This document shows positions 1 through 13,252 of a stretch of 64,000 bases of DNA, one piece after another. The position numbers and the translations under genes were made by a program. Origin of the DNA: Eledone cirrhosa (taxonomy: Eukaryota); the NCBI GenBank assembly GCA_964016885.1, contig CAXHJY010000907.1:1-64000 (forward strand). Reading direction: 5' to 3'. The notes under the pieces were generated by a model, which was given only the letters and a program-made list of their open reading frames with translations, did not search any database and was not told the DNA's origin. Position 1 is the stretch's first letter; each line of letters opens with the position of its first letter.

Positions 1-349
1 ACTGTAAACTGGCAGTGATACCAATTTATATTTTTTCCAGTCTGGTTGCCTGAAGCCAGCAGAATAACCACCAATGTTTGTTGTAAGTACTATAACAGTT
101 ACAGAGCTCTTGAAATGACAGGCTTAAGGGGGCCAACATACAAATATTAATGTCGGTGTGTATGTGCATGTGAAACATGAACCTCACTTGTCTAAGTAAG
201 CACAATGCAATACTGATCTACTCACTGCTAAGACCTAGTTCTCGCCCCTCCTTCACGGCCACTCTTGATATTACACTTACCATTGTGCTTTCAAGAGAAA
301 GGTTAATTAATTACAAGTGTTCCCATACTCAAATGTCCCTTAGTAAACA

Positions 350-515
350 GGCATGGCTGTGTGGTTAAGATATTCACTTTGAAGTCACGTAGTTCTGGGT
401 TCACTCTCCTATTGTGTGGCACCTCGAACAACTCTCTTCTACTACAGCCTTGAATTGACCAATGACTTGTGAGGGATATTTGGTACAAAGAAACTGCAGA
501 AGCCCATTGTATCTG
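350..515 (+). mobile_element. tRNA-derived SINE (related copies 3785-4130 +, 20990-21245 -, 27102-27450 +, 34108-34260 -, 38790-39062 -, 53055-53380 -, 56265-56495 -)
   Basis: Seen: A-box-like gcatggctgtgtggttaag, B-box-like ctgggttca, shared body ending gaagcccatt. Confidence 0.7.
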
Positions 516-1049
516 TCCAGTCATATTTATGTCCTCTAACTTAGCAGTTCAGCGAAAAACCAAAAACAAAAACAAGAAAATAATTATGTGTCAGTGTTGA
601 TTGAGATGATTGACAAAATGAAGGTGATGCCCCAGCATAGCACCAGTCTAATTACTGAAACCAGTGAAAGAATATATATATTTGTCAGGGTCATTTTCTT
701 TTTGCACAAGCCCCCCCCCCCCCCCCCCCCAAAAAAACCTATGCCAGCATGGGAAGCAGATGCATGATGATGATGATGATGATGCATTAAGGGGGAGACA
801 AGTGAAAAATAACAATGAAAATGCAAGATACATAAACCAAAGTAAATTTGAGTTGTAGGCTTATTTGGCTTAATACAAAAGATGAAGGGAAGAGAAAGTG
901 GTTGTTGAGTCAATAATCAGACATGTTTGAAATAAGAGAGAAAAAAATGAGATAGGCATATGTGAAAAATTAAATAATGACAAATAGGGAAGGTGAAAGG
1001 AGCAAGTCAAACCCTACACCCTTTGGCTTAGCAGTATATCTCAACTGTG

Positions 1050-1352
1050 CCCCATAGACAAGATGGGGAAAGCAGCCAACTCATAAAGGCTCCTTCTTCA
1101 GATAGGATATATTTTGCTTAATTTTGTGGAGGATAGTGTCAGTTCAGATATTGATGACACCAGATTTCTCAACGGTGTCAGGTACAAAAAGGAAGTGATC
1201 GGTCAAGTATTTGGATGTCTTCTGTTCCTTTGCATTACTGTCAGCATATGTCGTTGACTGTCAGGATATGTGGTTGAAGCCAGCAGGTTCCAGTTGTGAG
1301 AGGGAAATCAGTTGCATTAAGGTTCCTTCTGATGAGACCATTCAAGGTGATG
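1050..1352 (-). mobile_element. Old fragment of a restriction-like-endonuclease (CRE-like) non-LTR retrotransposon
   Basis: Seen with frameshifts: LNGLIRRNLNATDFP..QLEPAG and EQKTSKYLTDHFLFVPDTVEKSGV, resembling the LNDIIxRAL..LEPxGL and KxxKY..FVPxAVETxG C-terminal motifs (recalled). Confidence 0.5.
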
Positions 1353-1921
1353 TGAAAAACTATATCCCTTTCTCTACCTTTTTTTACACAATGGAATAAA
1401 CAAAGGAAATATTTGATAAACAAATATTTACAGACTTTGCATGCACCTTATGGTGAAATAAAAACGATATGTTTTTCACTGCACCCAACTAATCTATTGG
1501 AAAGACACAGAAAGACAAAACGATCAGATTGCAGATAAATCTCTTTAGCTACACTTACTCAACAGAAAAGCTGTTACTGTTTCTACACACCAACTTTGAT
1601 ATAACAAACTTTGCATTTGTAATGAGAATATATTTAGTAGTCTATTGCTAACAGAATATAAAATTTATTTGTAATTTGAGAGAAAACTGAAAACACTCTG
1701 GGAATGACATTGAATGGTTTATGCTGACATGACAATAATCTCAACATGAGACAAAAAACATAAATACATATACTGTGCCATACCATGGACCCTTAACTTC
1801 TGTTGGAGTTGGAGGGATGCTGTTGTGATAAATGGCATGTCATGGGCCTTTTATAACCTAATAATGTCCAGCCCTTTCCAGATTGGAACACAAGCAATTT
1901 TTTTTTTTTTTTTTTTCTTTT

Positions 1922-1963
<42 letters not shown>

Positions 1964-2157
1964 ACAGCTGAAGTGGGGGTGACCCCAATACTGGTACTTT
2001 ATTGACTTTGAAAGGGTGAAAGGCAAAGTTTAGTTTGTCGAAATTTGAAAATAAGATTGTAGAGGGATTTAACTTTCTAATTATTATGATGGTATTTGGA
2101 ACATAAATATTCTAACATAAAATTATTATGGAAGCGCTTTAGATGGCTATAAAAACT

Positions 2158-2370
2158 TTAACCCTTTAGCATTTACGTTGCTCTATATTTACCATTGTAT
2201 TTTCATGGTAAAGGTGTCTCACATAATATCGAATCTATGAGATTTTGATGTTATTTATTTTGAGAACAATACCTTAATATCAGTATAAGCAGCCAGTTAC
2301 AGCTGGTTTGAACAGAAAGAGGTGAGAGTATTCTGGCTGGATACAGCCGGTTTAAATGCTAAAGGGTTAA
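2158..2370 (+). mobile_element. TTAA (piggyBac-like) MITE family A, about 205 bp
   Basis: Seen: TTAA TSD and TIR CCCTTTAGCATTTA...TAAATGCTAAAGGG. Nested in a family-B MITE. Confidence 0.9.
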
Positions 2371-2532
2371 AATAATCAGTTTTGCATTGTAGTACAAAGG
2401 GTGGTTTTAGGTGGTTTGTTATGAACAGGGTTACATAAACTGGAGATGATCAGATTAATGTACACCCCACCCTCTGTTGTAAAATAATCTTTCTGCTAAA
2501 GAGAAAAAATTAAACTTTATAACAAAGACATA

Positions 2533-2767
2533 TTAACCCTTTTGATAACAAATCACCTGAAACCAGCCCTGTTTCTATGATACAAAATTGTTTCACAATG
2601 TTTATGATTGTCTAAAAACCTTCCACCATAATCTTGTCTAACAACAGCTTAATAATAAGAAAGTTTGTTATATTATTAAATCCCTCCAAATTCTTGATTA
2701 TTTTTCTAAATGATTTGAAACTAGTATGCAGTGTTTTTCATTAAAAATGTGATAATGAAAGGGTTAA
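2533..2767. mobile_element. TTAA MITE family B, about 235 bp (representative of roughly 25 older copies)
   Basis: Seen: ttaaCCCTTT...AAAGGGttaa ends and shared body (aatgaaagacactgcc, tttggaacataa, ttttgtattgtagaacca). Other copies near 4317, 7221, 8185/10714, 11357, 14071, 16262, 19630, 21470, 22139, 24765, 28487, 29395, 33510, 33740, 34960, 36270, 37325, 48027, 48649, 48837, 51060, 57032, 57275, 59082. Confidence 0.8.
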
Positions 2768-3129
2768 TATCCTGGGCACTATCAGAAATATAAATTTCAA
2801 TAAGAAAGCAAAGCAAATAGTATTGCAATCTCATTTCCACCCAACTCATTAAACCAGGAGAACAGCTAAGTTCATGGAAAAAGTCCATGGTAAAAACATC
2901 CAGGATATTTCTATGAAAACAACAGCAAGCAGGATATTTTAGAAGGGGTGGGGGGACCACTTTTGTATAGTGTTTGTCTAAACAACAGTGAAGATGTATA
3001 TGATGATGATGATGATGATGATAAGACAACATGATGGAGGAGAAGTTATAGAGGAAGTGGTAACCAGTGTTAGGAGGAAAGGATAACAGCTATGAAAAAG
3101 AAATTTACAGGTTTAAGTTAAATTTTAGA

Positions 3130-3760
3130 TGAGGGGATTTAATGGGATTAACTTTTAAATGAGATTCAGGTGTATAAGATGCTAAATGAGAAATTATGTT
3201 GACAGTTTTCTCTACAGTTGCATCGAAGTGCCATACGTTGTGTCTACCTAGAGAAAAGCTGACAGAGTAGCAGAGCAAGTTGAATTAAATAGGTTAACAG
3301 CAGCAAAGCTAGAGAATCTGATAAGTGATATGAATCATTAAAGGTTCAATGGCATCTTTAGATTGTTAGCCGGCTGCAGATGGAGAAGAGAAAATAGCTT
3401 TGTGAAGAATTTAAAATATAATTGATATGCATGGTTTCATTCAGAGATATCAATGTGCTTTAAAGGCAGCAGGTTTAATCCTACGTTTGGTGATGTTCGG
3501 TTTGCAGATAAATTGATTGATGTTGGACTGTGGAAGTGAATGCGTAGAGGAGGAAGGCTGCAAGTGGATGTTTAGCTGCAGTCTTTCTATTACAGGACAC
3601 AAAGAGTTGTTGTGGAGCTGTAGCTACTTCCTCCGGTCACTATGACACTCAAAGTTGGTATGTTGCAATCGTTTCCTTCCTATTTCGTGGGATACTTTGA
3701 CAGGGCTACTACAGGAATCTACCAATAGTTTCTGTGACAGCTAAAATGCATAAATTAAAA
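3130..3760 (-). mobile_element. Highly degraded CR1/L2-like RT remnant
   Basis: Seen: weak remnants such as RHNV and LSVIVTG..FLLY; heavily mutated. Confidence 0.3.
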
Positions 3761-4631
3761 GTCTATCTGGAGTATATGTAAATGCAGCATGGCCAAATGG
3801 TTAAGAGGTTCACTTTGCAATCATTAGGTTCTGGGTTCAATCCCACTGAGTAGCATCTTTGGCAAGTGTCATTTACCATAGCCTTGAGATGACTCATGCC
3901 TTGTGAGTGAAATTTTGTAGACAGAAACTGTTTGGAAGCCCATCAGATAAACTGTATCAATAATTCAAAGAACCAGCCTTGTCATGCCTAATCTCCCAGA
4001 GATTTATGTTAAGGGTATGTATCTGATGTATTTGTTGAATACCGTGCCACTTAAATGTTAATTTTGTGAGCAGGCTGTTCCATTTGTTGAAATGAAAATA
4101 CTCATTGTCAAAATCAACAGAGGGCTCTATTCCTTACATTTCTTGAGTATGTAAAAAAAAAAAAAATAAATAAATAAATAACTCCAAAATTTATACCACA
4201 TACACTTTGTGTATGAATTGCACCTTTCCTTCACAAAAATACATGAAAAACCAGCAAAGGACTTATTAACTGGACCTACAAAATAATATAAGGTGTGGTG
4301 AAATTTATTTTTTACTATTAACCTTGTCTATAGGGTTTAATAATAGCTTTCTCATGATGAAGCTGGTGTGTGTAGCATAACTTAAAGGTTCTTAGATAAT
4401 TATAATGGAAGGTTTTTTTTTTTATTAGAATAATATAAAACACTTTAAAATAAACAGTTTTGTATCTTAAAACCAGGAGCGGTTTCTGGCAATTCTGTAT
4501 CAAACGAATTAAAAGCATTCCAGCTGTGACCACCCCATCTTTTTAGGCTTTTTTGTTAGCTTGACCAAAGAAGTTAATAATATACAATGCTGAATAATAT
4601 TAAAAGTATATTAAAAGTATATGATTATACA

Positions 4632-4984
4632 ATTGAAAGGTTGTGAGATCAATTCTCAGACCGGGTGATGTGTTGTTTCCTTGCGCAAAACACTTTATTT
4701 CACATTGCTCCAATTTACTCAGCTGTAGAAATGAGATGATAGGACTGGGGTCCATATCATTCCACTGCAAAGTGGTCGTGGAGGTGCCACGGCAAAAAAG
4801 CACACAGTCCACACTGTAAAGTGGACGTGTAGGCGCCACGGAAAAAAAGCACCCAGCACTCACTGTAAATGAGGTTGGTGTTAGGAAGGGCATCCAGCTG
4901 TAGAAATCAAGCCAGAATCAGTTCCCATCCCACCCTTGCAAGCAGGGAAAAGCGGACGTAAAATATGATGATGATGATGATGAT
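4632..4984 (+). mobile_element. Same SINE family, head slightly truncated
   Basis: Seen: reverse complement of 42452-42750 plus one extra internal repeat unit. Confidence 0.8.
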
Positions 4985-6544
4985 AGACACACACACTAGT
5001 ACATAATGTTTTGTGGGCAGAATATGTAATGTTCAGTTTCCTTTACCTAACTCTAACAAAACAACATTTGTAGATTATGAAAAATGGGGGGGAGAGAGAA
5101 GCAATTTACAGCCTACACCTATGTAAGTTTATCTGGTTTCCAACAAAGGTATATCTCATAGGAGGTTTCTTGGGTATGTTAATGACTGGAGACCCCAGTC
5201 CTATCATGAAAAGCAACATGAAATATAGTGTCCTGCTCATGAAAAGTGCTCCACCCAGTTTAGGAATTGAACCCACAACTGTATGATCCTGAGCTCAATA
5301 CTCTAACCATAAGTCCAGACATACACTTACATATCATCATCATCACCATATAACATTCATTTTTCCAAGCTAGCATTGGTTAGACAAGTTGTCCTGTTGT
5401 AAAACAAGCCAGATCAGATGACTGTTTCTTGCACATACAGAACTGATTTTAGCTGGTTTCTATGGCTGGATACCCTCCCTAATGCCAACCACATTTACAG
5501 TGTGTGGTGGGTGTTTTTTGTCATGACACCTACATGACCACTTTACAGTGTGGGCTGGGCGCTTTTATCGTGACACCTACACAACCACTTTATATATATA
5601 CATATATATATGAAAGAGATAAACACTGTTGGCATAGAATATTCATTTCTGGTATGAATGAAAGCAGTTTAGAACATTTATCTCTCCCACTCTCTATGTC
5701 TTACATTTGTGTTCCATGTATTCCATATAAGATTTTATAACATTTTTGACAAAGTGCAAAGACATAGAAGAAAGCTGTACAGTTATTATAATATAGATTA
5801 AAAGCGATAATTTCAGTATGAGAGTAGCATCATAACATAGTGTTAAGTAGGAGGGGAAGAAAATGTGATGAAGGAGGATGACAAAACTAATATTAAAAGT
5901 TTAGTGATGTGCTGTTGGGGGTAAGATTTATGGATAAAAAACTGTATGTTGTTTGTGTCTAGATATAGACAGAGACATTGCAGTTTGTATTTATTACATT
6001 AAGACAACATTAGCTCAACAAAGTGAAGCAATGACAACTAATTAAAAGCAAGGAATGAGAATATGCTAAATAAAAGGAAAACGTTATTAGCCTAGCCATC
6101 AACTCCATCAATGTCAACAAGACTAACAAGTTGAAAATGAAGACATGAAGAAGATATTAATTCTAAATAACAGTTACTTCCTACCTGGAAGAAGCAGAAA
6201 TAATAATGAAAATACGTTGAAGATGTCATCAGATAGTAGCACCATCTATTGCTATATCCAGGAGATTAGAAAGAAAGAAAGAATAGCTAAACTAGGGATT
6301 TCCAAAGTGGTCGATATGACTACCCACAGGAGTACAATTGAACTTTTGGACCCAAACCTGGCATTTTTGTTAGAATTGAAAACAAAATAATACAATAATA
6401 TACAGCATACTTATACATAGTCTTTATCTATTTAAATTATAGTTTACTGATTTATTTACTTATTGTTGTATATGCCAAGGGTCAATGAAGGGTGAAGGAT
6501 TCCATGAAGGGGTCTATGTCTAAAAAGTATGGTGATCCCTTGAT

Positions 6545-6942
6545 TAAATTATGTGTGAAGTGTGATATAGCATGGTAGTGAAACATGGGCTGTGACTGCA
6601 GAGAACATGTGTAGATTGGGGAGAGAAATGAAACAACCAAGCTTCGTTGGATGTGCAATGTAAGTATGAGAGAAAGGCAGAGTTTGGAGAAACTGAAGGA
6701 GAAACTGGGTTTAAGAGGAATCCAAGGAGGTAGGCAGGAGAGAAGTGTTGGTACAGATGTGATGCACATGGATTATGATCAATGGGCGAAGAAGTTGCAG
6801 GGAATGCCAGTAGAAGAATAGACCAAATAAGACCTGGATAGAGGTTGTGAGAGCTGACCTCAGATCACTGAGACTCACAAAGGAACGGAACGATGCCATC
6901 CAACCCATGAAAAAACAGGTGTAAAAACTATGATGATGAGTA
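6545..6942 (+). mobile_element. RTE LINE 3' fragment
   Basis: Seen: catggtagtgaaacatgg (HGSETW), cttcgttggatgtgc (LRWMC), ends aacccatg...atgatgatga. Confidence 0.8.
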
Positions 6943-7427
6943 TGAAAGAGTGTTGCATTGGGGCAAGGGGCGGAGACTTTTACCAGTTGGTGGAGAATAT
7001 TCAGCTCAAGGAAGATTTGTCACAGTGTAATTATATCAAATTTCTGAAATTTAAGCTTAACCCATTTTTGGCCATATATCTGTTAACATACACTGTATAT
7101 GTTTTAATTAACTTTGAAAATAATCTAAAATTTTGAATAAAATAACTAATTTTTTCTCATTTTCATTATCAAGTTGGTTTTTGGAGCATAACAAAAGGTT
7201 CTATGATAGAAGGTTTTAATTTAACCCTTTTGTTACCATATTTCTAATGAATTTTTAAAATAAAAAATTCAGAGGAATTTAGTATAACTTTTTCATTTAT
7301 AAGCAGATGACAGGGACATTACATAAAAATGTTTTAATATATATGGATACTTTTGTATTTTAAAACCAGGGGAAGGTTCAGGTGAATTGCTATCAGGAGA
7401 GTTAAATATAAACATTTTAAAATGACA

Positions 7428-7897
7428 TTAATAATGAAAATATTGTGTACAGTGCTCAGGTGCACTACAACTCATCAAAAGTGTATGTATAGTACATAGG
7501 GTAATGTACAAACGTCAGGAAAATGTAGTTTTGGCGAATTTCGGGAACCATGAGGGTTTTAAAGAATGCAGTGTCTCGGCAGCTAACAACTGACGCAGGT
7601 AGTTTGTTCCATGCTTCAGCAACAAATGTTTCAGAAAGTCATGGGAGCTGTGCTCTTTTCTGACTTTGTAGGCATGTCCACGTGTGTTAGACACATGGAG
7701 ATCAAAAAGGTGCTCAGGGTTGTTGTTGGCGAGATGGTTAATAACTTTGTGGGTGTTTACCAAGTCCATTGCCAGACGTTGGAGCTTCAATGAATCCATG
7801 CCCAGAGAAGCAAGGCATTCAGAGTATGGAAGGTGTCTGATGGAGAGTATGCTTGGTTGCACGTCTCTGAACAGTTTTGAGGAGGGCAATGTTAATG
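7428..7897 (-). mobile_element. CR1-clade LINE 3' end
   Basis: Seen: LPYSECLASLGMDSLKLQRLAMDL...NTRGHAYKV, typical of CR1 ORF2 C-termini, followed by a short 3' UTR. Confidence 0.85.
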
Positions 7898-9308
7898 GAC
7901 ATGTTGTATATCATAAAATTAGAGGTACACTTGGGAAGCTTAGTATCAAAAGGGGTTAAAAAACATGACCATATAGACATATGCTCTTTTCCATATCAGT
8001 CTATTTTACTAACATAGAAAATTGAATGTGAAACTGATGGTGGTGGTGATAGTTTTAGAAGGTTGATGATGGTAGTGATGATGCACGACTTGAAAAAGAC
8101 TTATCTCCAGGAAGATAAGAAGTACATATATTCTTGTGGTGATTTAAATTATGAAGTAAGAAGAAACAAAACTTAGATCAGTATTTAACCTTTCTGATAC
8201 CACACTGACTCAAATTGACCCTGGGTCTACAATACAAAATTGTTTTAAAGTGTTTATCTATATATATAAAGGGAAGATGGACATTGTTTAGTGTACCGAA
8301 CTTGCCTGCTACACCGTTCATCCAATTTTCATGAAACCTCACACATATATAAAACTCAACACGTAGAGTGGAATAGGCTACTTGAAATTTTCGAAAAATC
8401 GATAATCGGGCGCTATGACAGAATGTTTTGCGATTCCAATGAAATTTTATGTGAATTCGAACACAAGAACTCTTAGTTTACATCTGGCGCAATAAAAATA
8501 AATTTCACGTGCGTTATTGATTGGACGGCCAGCTGCATGTCTTCCCAGCTGTCTCAGTAAACGACCGACCATTAAAGAGTTTCTTTTCATATTCCACCCT
8601 ATTCAAGTGGAAATACAGTATTATCCCTATCTGAAAAGGGAACCAAATTTAATGGTGTCTTTTGTGAACCTAAAAGCTGTGAGTAAATTTTCAAACAGTC
8701 TTAAATAATCATGCTTTTTGAAAAAAAAATTACTAAATAATACGTTGACCAAGTTGTGTTGTACACATACAATACAAGTAAAAAAATTTACGTTGTACCA
8801 ATGTTTTCCTTTTTTAAACAAAAGATTCTAAAAAATTACTTAATTTATAATAGTCTTTTGCACAGCAAGTGAGTAACTTTTCGGGTGTTTAAACGTAAGT
8901 TCACCAGGGTTTGTGTCTTCATTATTAGCCCACCTCTAATGGCATTTTTTGTTCTGCTTACGACTAAATGTTATGAGCGTATTTGCAATTAATTGCGCAC
9001 ACGTGCACACCTGCATGCAGATAGACACTGACAGCCAATAAAAAATCGATAACTTGCTTATTAAGATATCGGTCAAAAAGAGAGATTGAATGTACTTTAG
9101 AACATTTTTTGAATATATTGTTCTTTTTGGCATGATATGTCAGAAATATAGCTACTATACACTTTGGTTATTTTTTGTAACTAAAAAACGGTTCCTTTTG
9201 GGTGGATACTTAACGAGAAAAATCCTAGGGTTTTGGACAAGTTTGTTTCAGGCGCTGTATAGACGCCTATTTTGTCACACCTTGGTCATGAATTCGTATT
9301 CTTTTCCA

Positions 9309-9567
9309 ATAGATATTTTCCGCTCTATAAGGCTCACCAGGATATAAGGCGTATCATTTAAAATCAGGTCCGCGCAACGGCGTGTAAGGCCAACCAGAAA
9401 ATGCTATCTTCTTTACTTTTAGTCTAGATCTATTACTTCTGTTAGAGCCGTGATTGATTACCATTGTATTATTTATACATAAGGCTCACCGGAGTATAAA
9501 GCGCAGAGCTGTTTTTTGATTAAATTTAATTATTTTAAGTGCAATTTATAGACGGGAAAATTCGGTA
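9309..9567. mobile_element. Tc1/pogo-like MITE nested in the Helitron
   Basis: Seen: imperfect TIRs atagatattttccgctctataa / ttatagacgggaaaattcggta and a repeated internal ataaggctcacc motif. Confidence 0.55.
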
Positions 9568-9669
9568 AGTTATTGTAATCATATTTCCAAACCTTCCCAT
9601 TCACCAGTAACCATGCTAACGAATCTGGTGTCATCTCTCTCTAACCTAACAGCTTCGTTACACGTCGTT

Positions 9670-10228
9670 ATGCCCACACGGAAACGTTCAAGACTTACCT
9701 CCAAAAAAGGTACAGCTATTGCTTTGAGACAACGAATTAGGCGTTCTCAGGTATCAGTTCATTCACAATTGATTAATCCTTTATGCAATATTCTCCCTTA
9801 ATGTTAGCAAGTACTGCGTTTATCCTGACTGTCACCTCTTTTAAGCAACTACAACATTCTAATCGTAGTTATATTAAATTTATTGTCTTACCTTGATTCC
9901 CTTTTGTTCATGTTAGACTTTTCTCATTTACTATTGACACTGCCATTGGCTTAGCTAACCAGTAGAATTAATTAATTTTCTCTAGGAAACACCTGCTGAG
10001 CGTGAATCTCGACTCGCTGATAGACGTCTTTCCCGGCTGGTTGAGTCACCAACATCACGTACGACAAGGCTTGCTAATGTTCGCCTTCGTCGCCAACAAG
10101 CGGTGACGGAGGAATCACCAAGATCCCGTCAGACGAGGCTTGAGGCTGTGGCAAAGGGCAATAACCCTAGATACAATTTTGATCAACTTCTTTTCACCTA
10201 TAGCAAATTTACCGGGACAGGTTTTTAG
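9670..10228 (+). CDS. Spliced Helitron mini-ORF (exons 9670-9750 and 9986-10228), N-terminus of RepHel-type protein with STPR-like repeats, 107 aa
   Basis: Seen: MPTRKRSRLTSKKGTAIALRQRIRRSQ|ETPAERESRLADRRLSRLVESPTSRTTRLANVRLRRQQAVTEESPRSRQTRL...; donor CAG|GTATCA at 9751, branch-like GCTAAC at about 9954-9959, acceptor ttttctctAG at 9985, phase 0. No Rep or Pif1 helicase motifs remain. Confidence 0.7.
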
Positions 10229-11452
10229 CTACTCAAATCTACTTCAGAGATCACGCATTGATGTAAAAAATCAATAAAATTGAAGCGGGGCCCCGACTTT
10301 GCGCAAAAAAACAAGGCAAAGTTACACATGGGAAAACTTTTTACAGGAACGTCCTATATTCTTGAAAACTGTCACAAAAGACTCGCCATTATGCCGCGGT
10401 TAAGATAAAGGCCCTTTTAATTCTTCTTCTGCACATGTGAGCGCAAAAATTGTAAAAAAAAAAAACCCTGAAAGTAATCGACATTTTCACCCTGCTTTAA
10501 ATTCAATATCAAGCGATTTTGACTTCCATCAGTCGTGCAGAGAACAATTTCAACGATACACTGTGTAACTACAATTAATAAATTACACACCTGTGTCTAC
10601 TAACCTATTTTTTCCCACTGAAGTTCGAAGTTTTGAACCTGTGATGCGCGGGAAGTAACTTTCACACATTCTAACAGACCAAAGGTCGACTTACACCCGG
10701 GCACTTCTGCTAGTATTTATATAAAAACCTATCATAATTTTAAGTAGTAACCTTCATTAAGTTATGTTCTAAAGAGCTGCTTAATGACAAAGTTAGTTAC
10801 GTTACTCAACCCTCCAAATTCCTGATTCTTGAAAACTATAGACAGTGTCATTCATTAGAAATATGGTAAGAGGGGGTCATAAGATCTGTTTTAACACTTG
10901 GGTATAGAATGCTGACTTAAGGCGAAAGATGCTGGGGATATTTAGGAAAAATAAGGTAAATGAAGCATATGTGTATGCTTGTTTTATCACCATGGTCACA
11001 TGTAAGAGCGTGCTGCAGATTCTTTTCTTTATTTAACTTCTTGCAATTGGAATTGATGTTTACATATAGATGATGGGAGTCTTGTCACTAAGAGTAAGAG
11101 CCTACCATGTACAAATAAAGAATAATGTGCTTAGAACATGGACTTGAAAAGCAAATACAGTGAAAGGCTTTTTTTTCTGGACATAACTGAAGGAGGCAGC
11201 AAACTTCATTGTTAATAGGGTGTGGGCATGGAGGAGGGAGACCAAGGATTCTTACAGCTGCTGATATATAGTGAGGTAGATGATAATTCAAACAACTGTT
11301 ATAATAATCTCTAGATTACAAAAACTCATAACAGTTAAGGTAAATATAAAGATATATTAACCCTCTTGTGTTACTATATGTTTAATGAAAGACACTGCAC
11401 TTTAAAAATAATCAAGAATTTTGGGGGATTTAGTAGCATAGCTTTCTTCTCA

Positions 11453-11681
11453 TTAACCCTTTAGCATTTATATTACTCTATAAATGCTATTGTATTTTTG
11501 TAGTAAAGGCTTTATCTTACATAATTATTTCACATAATTTCGAATCTATGAGATTTTGATGTTATTTATTTTGAGAATAATATTTTAATGTTAGTATGAG
11601 CGGCCAGTTACAGCCTGTTTGAACAGAAAGAGGTGAGAGAATTCTGTCCGGATACGGCAGGTTTAAATGCTAAAGGGTTAA
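11453..11681 (+). mobile_element. MITE family A copy, nested in family B
   Basis: Seen: TTAA TSDs and the same TIRs and body. Confidence 0.9.
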
Positions 11682-13080
11682 ATTGGTGTTTGGAACATAA
11701 TTTTAGGCTAAAGACTTTTTTAAACTATGAAGGAAAGTTTTTAGATAAATATAAACACTTTAAAGAAAACAATTTTGTACTCTAGAACCAAAAGTGATGT
11801 TGACTAGAGTGTGGTGAGAATATGAGAAAGTCAGAGTGTGGAAAGACAACTAACTCATTGAATGGATTTGAATAGAATATGTGTATGGATGGAAACATAT
11901 TTAGTGTATTGCAGTAACATGACAAGAACACGGACACTAACATTGCTAGAGACATTACAGTGTGTTTGATGACTGTGAAACATTCACTGACTTGGAGTAA
12001 CAGCTATCAATTTTTTTATGAAGATAAAGGAATGTGGCATAGAAAATATTACAAACAAACTGTACATTAGTGATATGTTAAAGTTTGAAAGATGTGTGTG
12101 TATCAAAAAGTTTTAGGGACCTATGTTGTAAAGTTCAAAGGACAGAGCTTTAAGAGATCTGTGTCATGACGTTTGGAGGTGGGGTGGAGCTCATTTCATA
12201 AATAATGTTAAAGAGCTGAGAAAGAAAGGTTTATGTTATGAGTGCTAAGCATTTCATGTGATGAAGGGAGATCTGAGGAAGGTAGAAAGAAAATGGATAT
12301 GAATAAAAGTTACTAACAAACTAGTCATTAAAAGTGAAAAGAGTGAAAGGGCTAAAGATAGAATATCTGAGATGATAGGGGCTGAAATTAAAGTTGAAAC
12401 AACTGGTATAAATAAATAGGAACAGCTAACTCTGCTATGATGAGGGGGAAGCAATGATGTTAAAGTGAGCTCATCTGATTATTAAGGCCATGTAAAACTG
12501 AAACATATGCAGTATAAAAACAAAGAGAGTTGTTTTATGAAAGAAGTGGGGTTACTATTAATAGGGAGACAGTGAAAACATCTGGAAAATGCAAGGAAAA
12601 AAAACCTGGGGCAACTTTTGAGGTCCCAATGGAAATGGGGATTTAAATTGAAATAACAGTGAACAAGAAAATAGTGAAGGATCAGTTTTAGGTTTCAAGG
12701 ATTTCCTTAACATGCCTAATATTTATATATTTATTCTAATGAGAAAGCCTTTTTCAGATAAAGAAAGATATGGAAAATGTGAAGATAAATATATAAGAAG
12801 TAGAGTAAAGCTGATACAGACACTGGCTGGCCAAAATATAACGTTATATAAACAAAAAGGTTTAACAATTACCCTTCTTTCTTACTGTGGCCAATTAAAA
12901 TTAGACAAATTTGCCTGGAATAGGGCTTACATCTACCTCAAGAGGAGAATAAAGACACATTATTTCTAAGTTGATCTCCCACCACCAACACAGCTGTCAC
13001 CACTATGGTTTACTTATACTTAACGGAAATCTTTTTACTGTTTTCAATTTAAGGTTAATTTGTGTGTGTGTGTGTGTGTG

Positions 13081-13149
<69 letters not shown>

Positions 13150-13252
13150 GATATATAATGAAGCCAGCAGTCACTAATAGTAACCATACACATAGCAAGC
13201 TATATAAATTATTCTGATGTAGTTATTGACAGCACACACCCGCAATGCTTCC

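Larger units (their letters stand above)
8257..10713 (+). mobile_element. Non-autonomous Helitron (2457 bp)
   Basis: Seen: 5' TCTATATATATAAA, 3' ...cacccgggcacttctgCTAG, inserted between host A and T with no TSD. Removing it restores the MITE-B motif ttttaaagtgttta|tatttat seen intact near 35023-35045. CpG-rich relative to flanks. Known: TC...CTRR ends with A/T target define Helitrons. Confidence 0.9.

Noticed and set aside
275-345. Strong minus-strand donor ATG|GTAAGT as possible exon 3
   Set aside because: No acceptor gives an open phase-1 frame resembling the expected continuation.
350-430. Possible tRNA genes at SINE heads
   Set aside because: Only degenerate A/B boxes, no cloverleaf; they continue into SINE bodies.
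1328-1362. CTGATGA...GAAA hammerhead-like string
   Set aside because: Stem II does not abut GAAA and no stem I or III; lies in an old retroelement coding remnant.
6145-6390. 81-aa ORF
   Set aside because: Looks like a decayed LINE endonuclease N-terminus (GRS...CYIQEIR); not a host gene.
8111-8155. Plus-strand exon-like segment EDKKYIYSCGDLNYE
   Set aside because: No partner exons; GDLN suggests a decayed LINE endonuclease scrap.
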